Shown piece by piece: positions 13,033 to 26,958 of a DNA stretch of 64,000 nt. The position numbers and the translations under genes are program-made. Source of the DNA: Eledone cirrhosa (taxonomy: Eukaryota); assembly GCA_964016885.1 (NCBI GenBank), contig OZ024745.1, positions 11,966,001 to 12,030,000 on the forward strand, read 5' to 3'. Below the pieces are notes generated by a model. It was not told where the DNA came from, made no database searches, and worked only from the letters and a program-made list of their open reading frames with translations. Every line of letters begins with the position of its first letter. The first letter of the stretch is position 1.

Positions 13033-14973
13033 CTTCTGAAAATGAAAAGTTCCCCGTATCTCCACGTCCCTTCAGACAAAACAAAAAATACTTATGCGGT
13101 TAGTCCCGACACCTACAACAAGCTTGCTGATAATGCCATCACAGCAAAGTACAAAAAAGTTGATGACACTACTTTGACTGAAACAAACTTAGCCGGAAAG
13201 AAGATCGCCACTTCCCTTAAACTGGAAGACCGGACAGAACCTCTGAGGGTAAAGTCCCCACACTTCACCCTGAAAGACCACAAGAACAACTTTGATAATA
13301 AACCGTCGGTCCGGCTGATTAACCCGACCAAGTCTGACATAGGATCCGTCAGTAAGAAGATCTTGGACAGGATTCTACCTAGACTACGTGCTGCCTCACC
13401 CCTCCCACTCTGGAATAGGACATCCGAGGCAATCACATGTTCCGGGATTTGCCCGACAAAAGCAACACCCTTTTCCTGCAGCTAGACATCGAGGACTACT
13501 ACGCCTCCATGGACTACTACGCCTCCATATCAGAGAGCCTGCTGATTGACGCGATTAACTTCGCCAGGAACTTTACCACCATCACCGAAGCCGAGCAGGA
13601 TGTGATCCTCCATGCACGTAAGACTTTTCTTTACCCTGACAGATCCCACTGGATCAACAAAAAATCTGAGACCCCCTTCGACGTTAGCATGGGTGCTAGC
13701 GACTCGGCTGAAATAAGTGACCTTGTGGGTCTGTTCATCCTCCACAGGTTGAAGACCCTCTTCACAGGCCTCTCCGGCGGTCTCTACCGAGATGACGGCC
13801 TCTTTGCCCTCCACAAAATCAACCCCTGGACCACGGATGGGTTCAGGAAAAATCTTTACACCTTCTTTAAAAACTTAGGCCTTAGGATTACCTTAGATTC
13901 GAACTTAACTAAAGCTAACTTCCTAGACGTTACCCTCGACTTAGAAACTTCCCTTTACTACCCGTACCACAAACCTAATGAATCCCTTAGATATATAGAC
14001 GTTAATTCTAACCACCCCAAAAATATATTAGACAACCTAGTGAAAAGTGTCTCCATTAGGATATCTAGCCTCGCCGCCAATGAAGATATCTTTAGAGCAG
14101 CAGCCCCCTATTACAACGAGGCCCTGGCCCGCAGCGGCTTTAGAGATAAGATCACCTACCTTAGTATAGCCCCACGCCCACCCAAGAAGAATAGGCGAAG
14201 GCACATTAGCTGGTACAACCCCCCCCCCCCCTCTTCAACTGAGAAGTTTCAACACCTGTAGCTAAAATTTTCTTCACTCTCTTACAAAAACACTTCCCCA
14301 CCCAACATAGGTACTATACAATCCTTAATAAGAATACCATCAGACTCTCCTACTCTACCACACCTAATCTAGCTAGGAACTTAGCCAACAATAACGTCAA
14401 TAAGCTAAATAAGTCTACTTTTTCCGAAGCCCATCCAGCAACTGATGGCAATTGCAATTGCTCTGATAAGACTATTTGCCCCCTCAACAACAACTGTCTA
14501 AAAAAGATCTCGTCTATATATGCGATGTACTCTCAGGCCCCGATGAAAAAAGAAACTCGTACATCGGGATGACTTCTAGCAGTTTTAAGACTCGCTGGTA
14601 CGCCCACACACATTCGTTCCGGCGCCCAGACAAATCTAACCAAACAACACTCGTCGCCCACATCTGGCACCTTAAAAGGAACTCCATCCCCTTCAAGACC
14701 CAATGGAGACTACTCCAGAGAGCGCGATCTTACACGGGAGGCCATAATTGCTGTGACCTCTGTATCTCCGAGAGCTATGAGATTCTATTCGCCAAAGGCC
14801 CTCTTCTCAACAAGATCTCGGAACACTCCCCTAATTGCATGCACAAGAACTATGCAAATTACAAAAACTACAGCCCCCCCCCCCCCCATGAGAGAGTGAG
14901 AGAGTGAGAGATATGAGAGAACAATATAGTTTTCAAATGAAGTTTCTGAATTGAAATTAAGATGTCAGATAAT
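12647..14973. repeat. Inverted repeat (12647-12730 vs 14890-14973) bracketing the Naiad-like PLE
   Basis: TTATCTGACATCTTAATTTCAATTCAGAAACTTCATTTGAAAACTATATTGTTCTCTCATATCTCTCAC is the reverse complement of the sequence at the end of the PLE ORF. Confidence 0.8.
13042..14907 (+). pseudogene. Penelope-like retroelement (Naiad-like) RT plus GIY-YIG endonuclease, 5'-truncated and frameshifted
   Basis: Motifs TLKDHK..RLINPTKS, LDIEDYYASI, MGASDSAEISDLVG, YRDDG, FLDVTLDL, CNC..CPLNNNC, VY..YIGMT, CDLCISE, LLNK..CMH. Frameshifts near 13437, the poly-C at 14220 and ~14500. An 18-bp duplication gives DYYASMDYYASI. Confidence 0.92.
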
Positions 14974-14974
14974 A

Positions 14975-16810
<1,836 letters not shown>

Positions 16811-16959
16811 CTCAGCCGGATGGCTGAAACAGGTAAAAGAGTAAAAGAGTAAATATATACATATGTGTATGTATGTGTGTGTATGTATGTGTATGTATGT
16901 GTGTGTATATGTATGTATATGTATGTATAGAATAGTTTATACCGAGAGACATACATACA

Positions 16960-17000
<41 letters not shown>

Positions 17001-17057
17001 ACATGTGTGTGTATGTGTATACGTGTGTGTGTATATGTGTGTGTATGTGGGTTTTTT

Positions 17058-17088
<31 letters not shown>

Positions 17089-17339
17089 GTATAGATATAC
17101 ATATATATGTGTGTGTAAGTGTTTATGTATGTGGTTGTGAGTATGTAAATATATTTTATTCTTTTCATTCTACAAAAACACTCTGGTCACCTGTAGCTTG
17201 TATGTTAACTTGACCACTCACCATAGAACAATAGTCTGTGCCATGATTCGGTCTTGTTTATCTTTTAATACCAACCACCTAAAAAAATGTCCCTACTATA
17301 TATCTGTTGACTTACTATTCTTGGGGTTTTTATTTATTT

Positions 17340-17374
<35 letters not shown>

Positions 17375-17631
17375 CTTTTTTCTTTTTCTTTTTCTTTTTC
17401 TTTTTCTTTTTCTTTTTCTTTTTCTTTTTCTTTTCCTTTTTCTTTTTCTTTTTCTTTTTCTTTTTCTTTTTCTTTTACAAAAGCACTCCGACTAATTGAC
17501 CACTCCCCAAAGAAAAAACGGTCTGTGCCATGTTATGGTCCTGTGTATCTAAATTCCAACCTACCCCACCCACCCCGCCCAGCCACCACCTCTCCCTTAA
17601 TGTATAAATACCAGAACTTAATATGACACCC

Positions 17632-17682
17632 AGCTTCCTGAAGATTTCATCTGAATGAAACAGTTCTAGTCCTGTAGAAGCT
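17632..17682 (+). ncRNA. Type I hammerhead ribozyme motif in a PLE-like 3' end (~17150-17760)
   Basis: AGCTTC-CTGAAGA-TTTCATCTGAAT-GAAA-CAG(TTCTAGTC)CTG-TA-GAAGCT. Stems I and III pair fully, with a GUA cleavage triplet. AATAAA and a (TA)n tract follow. Confidence 0.85.
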
Positions 17683-17758
17683 CCTTCTATACAATAAATA
17701 TATTTTACTCTGCCATGTATTGAGTACCTTACTTACTGTGGTTATCCCCGGGACCTAC

Positions 17759-17791
<33 letters not shown>

Positions 17792-17883
17792 ACACACACA
17801 CACACATACACCACACACGCACCAACACACACACACACTCAATTATCTAGTGTATCTATTAAATCCTGATCTCTAGAACCTCA

Positions 17884-18545
17884 CTTCCACCATCATCACC
17901 ACCCCACTTCCACCATCACCACCCTACTTCCGCCGTCACCATCCCACTTCCACCATCACCACCACCCCACTTCCACCATCACCACCCCACTTCCGCCGTC
18001 ACCATCCCACTTCCACCATCACCACCCCACTCTCATCACCACCTCCCCACTTCCACCGTCACCACTCCACTTCCACCATCACCACCCCACTTCCGCCGTC
18101 ACCACCCCACTTTCACCATCACCCCACTTCCACCATCACCACCCCACTTCCGCCGTCACCACTCCACTTTCACCATCACCACCACCCCACTTCCACCATC
18201 ACCACCCCACTTCCATCCCCACCTCCCCACTTCCACCGTCACCACCCCACTTCCACCATCACCACCCCACTTCCATCACCACCTCCCCACTTCCACCGTC
18301 ACCACCCCACTTCCACCATCACCACCCCACTCTCATCACCACCTCCCCACTTCCACCATCACCACCCCACTTCCATCACCACCTCCCCACTTCCACCGTC
18401 ACCACTCCACTTCCATCCCCACTTCCACCATCACCACTCCACTTCCACCATCACCACCACCCCACTTCCACCATCATCACCCCACTTCCATCACCACCAC
18501 CCCACTTCCACCGTCACCACTCCACTTCCACCATCACCACCCCAC
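17884..18545 (+). repeat. C-rich minisatellite, ~18-24-bp unit CCCCACTTCCACCATCACCAC
   Basis: Direct tandem repetition with minor variants. Confidence 0.95.
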
Positions 18546-18747
18546 CTTCACAAAGAACATATATATAAGAAGACATGTTGACAGAAAATTCTCATATATT
18601 CTAACTACACAGAATATGAGAACAAATGTTTATAATATTTGATAAGATTGGTATACCAATTGACAACGGTTATGTTTGACGAAATATAAAAATATTCATT
18701 CTGTCGGATTAAGAAGAAAAGACCTTTAAATGTGCCCCTGTACACAG

Positions 18748-19258
18748 TAGCTGCCCAGCAGATGCCAATATAATATCAAACATTAGCGAAAAGGAGAATA
18801 TCTATACAGAACTAATGAGGAATCTGCAGATACTCCACCCTGACTATACCTTCAGATTTCTACCTGTGATTATTGGGGCACTGGGGTATGTTAGTAACTG
18901 CCTCAGTAAAAATCTTGAGAAGCTGGGCTTCACAGAAACAGAAAGAACACGACTAGTAAAGAAATTACATGTAAAATCCATTAATGGAACAGTAAAAATA
19001 TGTAAAACATTCCAAAAATTTTGCATCTAATAACTGCATATACACATGTACAGAGACAAAGCATATACACATGCACACATACAACTCAAAACATACACAT
19101 CCACACATACAATACAATAACATCCATATCTACACATGCATGCATACATAATCTACCTAGTTGATGTTGTGTAAATTCCAATGAGAGTCTTGTGTCTATG
19201 TTAGAAACCAACTCTCTCTCTATTGGCAAACATTTGTGAAATTATAAAACCAGAATAA
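18748..19258 (+). mobile_element. 3' fragment of an R4/Dong-like non-LTR retrotransposon (restriction-like endonuclease end)
   Basis: SCPADANI..EKE..Y.ELMRNLQILHP..PVIIGALG, then a 3' UTR ending in (CATA)n. Near-identical to the copy at 20680. Confidence 0.75.
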
Positions 19259-19293
19259 CATACATACATACATACATACATACATACATACAT

Positions 19294-19901
19294 GGTGGCT
19301 GCCAACTCGTTTTCGAGTACGGCCACTACTTTATATCCATATAGGAGAACCCCTACCGATGCGCTGAACGAGTGTGACTTTTTAGTCCAGCCAGCAACTT
19401 GAAAACTCTGGTACAAACACTACACTTGTGACAAATATTGACACATAGTGCTGGGCCCATGGTACCCTGTGACGACAAGTGCAGAGAGATCTCCAGATAT
19501 AAAGCAATGCCTGTGCCGTGAAGCTTTTATAGTGAGCAAAGGCACTGCACAAAGCCAGTCCCACTCTCTTAACCAAGATGATATTTACCAAAAAGAAGAA
19601 CAAGTCAACATCATTGGATACCATCAGAGTTGCAGGTGTTATATCAGAGTTTTCCTTCTCCTAGAATTCTGCCTTGACAAAGGCTAAAGGGTCATCTCTC
19701 CCGGTGATTTTGGATGGCCATTGACTCTTAAGAGCTCCTTTGCCCTTTGACAGGTCTTGTTTTTAGTCCTGCAGGATGTCCAAAGTCACCCTCCTCACCA
19801 AGAAACCTTGGTGGGGTTGCCAGTTTAGTCGCCAACGACCCGACCATGGGTCAGGTTGTACTGGGATACATGTTACCAGTAGCACCAACTGGTGACCTGA
19901 C
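19294..19901 (-). mobile_element. Non-autonomous RTE-like element (~610 bp), copy 1, in (CATA)n
   Basis: Duplicated at 19985-20592. Minus strand has a structured 5' end, an RTE-5'UTR-like AAGGCAGAATTCTAGGAGAAGGAAACTC (recognised from memory), a 3' stem-loop GTGGCCGTACTCGAAAACGAGTTGGCAGCCAC and an (ATGT)n tail. Confidence 0.7.
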
Positions 19902-19984
19902 ATAACATACATACATACATACATACATACATACATACATACATACATACATACATACATACATACATACATACATACATACAT

Positions 19985-20592
19985 GGTGGCTGTCAACTCG
20001 TTTTCGAGTACGGCCACTACTTTATATCCATGTAGGAGAACCCCTACTGATGCGCTAAACGAGTGTGACTTTTTAGTCCAGCCAGCGACTTGAAAACTCT
20101 GGTACAAACACTACACTTGTCACAATTATTGACACATAGTGCTAGGCCCATGGTACCATGTGACGACAAGTGCAGAGAGATCTCAAGATATAAAGCAATG
20201 CCTGTGCCGTGAAGCTTTTATAGTGAACAAAGGCACTGCACAAAGACTGTCCCACTCTCTTAACCAAGATGATATTTACCAAAAAGAAGAACAAGTCAAC
20301 ATCATTGGATACCATCAGGGTTGCAGGTGTTATATCATAGTTTTCCTTCTCCTAGAATTCTGCCTTGACAAAGGCTAAAGGGTCATCTCTCCCGGTGATT
20401 TTGGATGGCCATTGACTCTTAAGAGCTCCTTTGCCCTTTGACAGGTTTTGTTTTTAGTCCTGCAGGATGTCCAAAGTCACCCTCCTCACCAAGAAACCTT
20501 GGTGGGGTTGCCAGTTTAGTCGCCAACGACCCGACCATGAGACAGGTTGTACTGGGATACATGTTACCAGTAGCACCAACTGGTGACCTGAC
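19985..20592 (-). mobile_element. Non-autonomous RTE-like element, copy 2
   Basis: Tandem, highly similar copy of 19294-19901, separated by (CATA)n. Confidence 0.7.
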
Positions 20593-20679
20593 ATACATAC
20601 ATACATACATACATACATACATACATACATACATACATACATACATACATACATACATACATACATACATACATACATA

Positions 20680-21281
20680 CAGACCAGATATTATGATATC
20701 GGAAAGGGAGAAGAAGACCAGATATTATGATATGGGACAGGGAGAAGAAAGCATGCAGAGTAGTGGAAATTAGCTGCCCAGCAGATGCCAATATAATATA
20801 AAAGATTAGCGAAAAGGAGAATATTTATGCAGAACTGATGAGAAATCTGCGGATACTCCACCCTGATTACACCTTCAGATTTATGCCTGTGATTATTGGG
20901 GCACTGGGGTATGTTAGTAACTGCCTCAATACAAATCTTGAGAAGCTGGGCTTTACAGGAACAGAAAGAACACAACTAGTTAGGAAATTACAAGTACAAT
21001 CCATTAATGGAACAGTAAAAATATGTAAAACATTCCAAAAATGTTGCATCTAATAACTGCATATACACATGTACAGATGCAAAGCATATACACATGCACA
21101 CATACAACTCAAAACATTCACATCCACACATACAATACAATAACATCCATATCTACACATGCATACATACATAATCTACCTAGTTGATGTTGTGTAAATT
21201 CCAATGAGAGTCTTGTAACTGTGTTAGAAACCGACTCTCTCTCTATTGGCAAACATTTGTGAAATTATAAAACCAGAAGAA
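20680..21281 (+). mobile_element. 3' fragment of an R4/Dong-like non-LTR retrotransposon, copy 2
   Basis: RPDIMI...VEISCPADANI...EKE.IYAELMRNLRILHP...PVIIGALG (PD..D RLE signature). Flanked by (CATA)n on both sides. Confidence 0.78.
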
Positions 21282-22082
21282 CATACATACATACATACAT
21301 ACATACATACATACATACATACATACATACATACATACATACATACACATATATACATACATACATACATACATATATACATACATACTGTATCTCACTG
21401 CTGTCTATATTTTTAACGTAGATATATATATATGCATGTATGCGTGTATGTGTGTGTGTAAATACGTGTGCGCGCGTGTGTGTATGTATTTATGTCTGCA
21501 TATTTATCTCCATTTATTTATATGTTTAGCAATATTTCCATAAATTTAAACAAATATTCTGTCTTTTTACCACCTCCGTCTTTTTTCTCTCCCCTCTCAC
21601 TCTCTCACCCCTCTCTCACTCTCTCACTTCCTCTCTCACTTCCTCCCTCACTTCCTCTCTCATCTTCTTTCATAATTTCTCTGCTCTGCCATCTTTCCTT
21701 TTGATATTCTATTTCATAAACCTATAAATTCACCGCAGTTCCTTCCATTTCCTGTCATGTTTTTTAATCTCTACTATTATAATTTTGTATTTAGTTCACC
21801 ATCTCCTTTCTACCTCACAGACGTTATCACTGGTGATCGTCTGCTTCTGTGAGTTAGTTTGTGTTTCAGTATCTCTTACTGTGTTATAACTTATATCAAC
21901 TCGTCAGACATAAATATGACAACCGACAGATAGATATCATCAAATATTGAGGAATTGTTATGGTGTGAGCATATGTAAATATGCTTAAGCAAATGGCATG
22001 TAATCACATAGACAGATACTAGCTTCCCATCACCACCATCTTCCTCTCTCTCGCTCACCTTCAATCTTTCTATTTCTCACAC

Positions 22083-22165
<83 letters not shown>

Positions 22166-22172
22166 ACATATA

Positions 22173-23114
22173 TCTATAATATTATAAAGCTGAGCGTCGT
22201 GTGTATTATGTATGTATGTATCCTACACACCTCCCTATAGTCTGTTAGCTTTACTCTCTCCGTCCCTCTTCCCTCTCTCTATAATAGATCATTCCCTCTC
22301 TCTATAATTTAACTGCTTTACTCTCTCTGTCGCTCTTCACTCTCAAATATTAACAAGCTGAGCATCTTCTCTGTCTCTGTCTTTCTCCCTCTTTCACCCT
22401 CTCTATAATTTAACTGCTTTACTCTCTGTCTCTCTTCACTCTCTATGTGACAACACTCTTTTACTTTCCGGAGCGAAGTATGTATATTTATTTCAAAGGG
22501 ATAACCTCCTTCAAAAAGGCAACCCTCTTACAGCGACAGAGAGTGAAAGAGACAGATTAGGACAACATCTACGAAAATACAAACAAATATAATAATGTAT
22601 GTATCCCACACACTTTTTGGCAAAAACCAGAATAAAAAATTATACTACATCAGCACAGTCTGAGGACGATCCTGATCGTCGCCTTCAGCAGATGAGGACT
22701 CGTGTAGGAGCCAGTCGAGTAGTCGAGTCTCAAGAGCAGGGCCAACGAACAACGACCCTTTTTAGGGCCACCTTCTTGCAATTGTTACCGCAATCTGTTC
22801 TTTAACGGCTTTTTGCAGACTTGAAATTTTTAACCAAGGCTACAGCCAGTACACAGTTGTGAGAGCGAATTGTAGGTTTGTCTGTGCTTCTGCGCACGTA
22901 CACCCACTAGGGAGTACATACACACACTGCGTATACACGCACAGGCATGCTCCAAGCACACGTGATGGGAACAGTTGGCCGATTTATACGTTAGCTCCTC
23001 CCCTTTGCAACGAGGTCGAAAGGACAATGTGACATGGGAGGGTGTGTGGTATCTTTTCAGTGGAGTGGTGAGGGCAGGTATACCTAGCCGGGCGCCAGCC
23101 GGACGGGTCAACTA

Positions 23115-23115
<1 letters not shown>
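22173..23115 (+). mobile_element. Non-autonomous Helitron
   Basis: 5' end A|TCTATAATATTATAAAGCTGAG; 3' end hairpin CCGGGCGCCAGCCGG followed by CTAG|T. Internal remnant EDDPDRRLQQMRTR..SRVVESQEQ resembles Helitron N-terminal repeats. Confidence 0.75.
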
Positions 23116-23152
<37 letters not shown>

Positions 23153-23222
23153 GGGATAACAATTGTCAGCAATCTGAATAAAGCCCTTATTGTATAGCAA
23201 ACCATGTCACTCTTCTTTCTTG

Positions 23223-23300
<78 letters not shown>

Positions 23301-23415
23301 TGTGAGAGTGAGCTTCTCTCATCTTTACAAGGATCTATATTGGTAAACCCCAATATGACCACTCCACCCCCGCACACACACACACACACACATACACACA
23401 CACACACACACACAT

Positions 23416-23470
<55 letters not shown>

Positions 23471-23472
<2 letters not shown>

Positions 23473-26400
23473 AAGATATTTAATAAATGGAAGCTATATT
23501 TATAAAACCATATTAATTCTATTATATGTATTTCAAGGGTACCAAAACTTTGGTAAGCTTTCATCAGATAAAATACAAAGTTTGTTTTATACATTTTTGA
23601 CATAACCAAGAAAAGATACCTTAACGGTTCAAGATTTTCTTGGATAGTGAAGGGAAAAGAGAAGAAAAGTCAGATATTTCATATTATTAAGATGAGTATG
23701 CAAATGAGGTTGTGGTATCGGGCTGAGAGAACGTTATTTTAGACGCTATGTAGATTTAAATAATTAGGATATATGTATGTATGAGTAGGAAGAAGAAAAA
23801 AACAAAATGAAAAAAAGAAAGAAGAGCTTGTATTTACGTTAATTTAAAAGGAATTAACAATTTGCGGGAATGGTGGAATATGATTCCAGAATTTAAATTT
23901 ATTTAGCTATATTATGAGTTATAATATTGTATATATAATCAATTAGATTATATGAAGAATTATGGTTGTAAGTAGATTTTATCTTATTACATTACAATGG
24001 GTTGTATGTATATAAATATCTATATAGATTAATAATTGTGCATGTATAAGTATTATAGAAATAGGAATAATTTACAATTATTAGTTGTTTATATTTCTAA
24101 TATGAGTTACGAAGGATGTTGATTTTGCATTTTACATAAAAAACATATAGTTCAAGTTGTAAGAGGAGAACTATTTTGTTCCAGCATTGAAAATGTTTTC
24201 AGAATATTGTTAATTTAGCGAAGTAATATAGTTTATTATATATATTATATTATATTATAATGTTTACGTTTGCACGATTGAAAAGGGAAAGATAACTCCA
24301 ATCCATTAAATTTGATGAATGATTTACTCAGAAAATATATAGAGAAAATTATATATTATTTTGTGTGAGATTAATTTCAATTATATATTATTTTAGTCGA
24401 AAGATGTGTGAAAGTTTGAAGATCAAAAGAAGAGGAAAAAAGTAATATGCATTTCGAAGAACTATCGTAAAGAGGATAAACTTTCAGAATGTCAATTAAA
24501 GATTATCAATCTACATCTAAAAAAATATATTTAGAGGGGCATCATTAAGAAAATAATGTCAAAAGGTAAAAATAGTAAATAAATATATTAAAAAATAAAA
24601 AAATTAATGTCAAATAGTAAAAATAGTAGAAATATTAAAAATTAAGAATGGAGATCATTTAAAAATTTTTTAAATTAAAATGTTTAAAGAAAATAGGATC
24701 GTTTTGAAGGTGTATAAGATATAGTCAAGTGTAATGAATATCATAATTTAAAAATACTTCTGAAAGTGGAATTTTGGCGATGTCTGCAAGTAGAAAATAA
24801 TTCTGTTTTAAGATTAATAGAGTTTTGACAGTTAATTATATAAAACATTTCTTCGATACACTAGTTACAGAATCTTGAGAAAGCCATATTTCAGTATGCA
24901 GGTGCTTTCGAAATCGTTCCCCAAGATATTGAATAGTCTATATTTTTGTCTTTTAAGTTCCAAATTAAATGTGAAAGTGAAGTGGAAGATTTTCTATCGG
25001 ATCTATTAAATGTGTGTTTTTTTAATTTTGTAGAAGTGGCACCAATATAGTTAAATACTTTGTCTCTAGTTTTAACTGTGCATTTATAAATTACGTTTTT
25101 GTCTAAGCAATTATTTTATAAAGATCAGTTTGGAGTTGTTGTTCGGAACGGTACTATTATTCTGAATATTGTTGTTAGAAATATTATTATTGCTATCTTG
25201 GTTAGTTTGGTTAGGGTTTAAATTTAAGTTTCTATTATTAATTCTATTTATATTTTGTGCTATGCTCATAGTAGTAGAGTAGGATAGTTTTATAGTGTGT
25301 CTGTTAAAAATAGAGTGGTATCTGTGGGCTTTAGGAAAACATTTATCTAGTGCTTTAAAAAATAGCTTTGCTAAAAGTGTTTTAACGCTTAATGAGAATG
25401 GGGGAGATTACCAAATAATATTTCTAGTTTTAGTTTTTTTGTTTGGTTTAGTGTTTAAGTTAAATTGTTTATTATTATTATAATTAATACTAGGATGATT
25501 TGTTATGTTATTGTTATCTATGTATTTAATTTTATTCGAGTATCCTGCTCTATGTAAAGCTTTATTGTAATATTCTGCCTTATCATCAAAAATATTTTTA
25601 TTAGCAGAGATGCGTGAAATCCGTTGTTGGACGCTATTGACAATAGCGTTTTTAATATTTCTAGCATGATTAGAATTGAAACTTACGTAATTTAGATTTA
25701 CGATAATTTTATGGAATGGATAGTAAATACCTTTGCTAAGGTTTAAGGTTACATCTAAGAAGTTAACTATTTTGTAATTATTCTCGATTTCTAAATTAAG
25801 GTTGTAGTTGTTGAAAAACTGTATTATGGATTTCCTTTTCCTATTAATTTCACTATTGCTCTGGTTTTCAATTAAAAGTAACATATCGTCGCGATATAAA
25901 CCTCCGGCCATCTCTGGAATTTTCCTATGCAGTACATTATTAATAAATAATCCAACGAGGTCCGTTACTTGCGCCGATTCAGATGATCCCATAGTGATAT
26001 CAAAATTGTTTTTTCTGTCGGCTCTTGTCCAGAAATGATTATTAAATTCTATTAGGGTTATTTGAATCTACAAATTGTTCTCCTCTTACAACTTGAACTA
26101 TGTATTTTTTTTATGTAAAATGCAAAATCAACATCCTTCGTAACTCATATTAGAAATATAAATAACTAATAATTGTAAATTATTCCTATTTCTATAATAC
26201 TTATACATGCACAATTATTAATCTATATAGATATTTATATACATACAACCCATTGTAATGTAATAAGATAAAATCTACTTACAACCATAATTCTTCATAT
26301 AATCTAATTGATTATATATACAATATTATAACTCATATATAATATAGCTAAATAAATTTAAATGCTGGAATCATATTCCACCATTCCCGCAAATTGTTAA

Positions 26401-26782
26401 TTCCTTTTAAATTAACGTAAATACAAGCTCTTCTTTCTGTTTTTTCTTTTTCTTTTTTCTTCTTCCTACTCATACATACATATATCCTAATTATTTAAAT
26501 CTACATAGCGTCTAAAATAACTTTTTTTCAGCCCTATAGCACAACCTCATTTGCACACTCATCTTAATAATATGAAATATCTGACTTTTCTTCTCTTTTC
26601 CCTTCACTATCCAAGAAAATCTTGAGCCGTTAAGGTATCTTTTCTTGGTTATGTCAAAAATGTATAAAACAAACTTTGTATTTTATCTGATGAAAGCGTA
26701 CCAAATTTTGGTACCCTTGTAATACATATAATAGAATAAATATGGTTTTATAAATATAGTTTCCATTTATTAAATATCATTG
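23471..26782 (-). mobile_element. 5'-truncated Naiad-like PLE with a ~720-bp inverted terminal repeat
   Basis: RT ORF 25408-25992(-) with MGSSESAQVTDLVG, YRDD, FLDVTLNL. Decayed GIY-YIG at ~24770-25130 (NNCLDKNVIYKC..YIGAT..TCRH). The segment 26062-26782 inverts 23471-24190. (TA)n flanks. Confidence 0.9.
23516..23574 (-). ncRNA. Hammerhead motif in the PLE terminal repeat (mirror copy ~26679-26738 has GAAA changed to GTAA)
   Basis: Minus strand: TATTTTAT-CTGATGA-AAGCTTACCA..TGGTACCCTT-GAAA-TACATA-TA-ATAGAAT. Confidence 0.75.
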
Positions 26783-26817
26783 AATATTATATATACAAAT
26801 ATATAAATATATATATT

Positions 26818-26910
<93 letters not shown>

Positions 26911-26958
26911 GAACCAATTCCAGAATGCTGTTGCTTGTAGAAAGAATTAATTACCAAC

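Noticed and set aside
16808-16855. CAGCCGGATGGCTGAAACAGGTAAAAGAG as a hammerhead half
   Set aside because: There is no CTGANGA or stem I partner; it looks more like a SINE/LINE 3' stem-loop with a short repeated tail.
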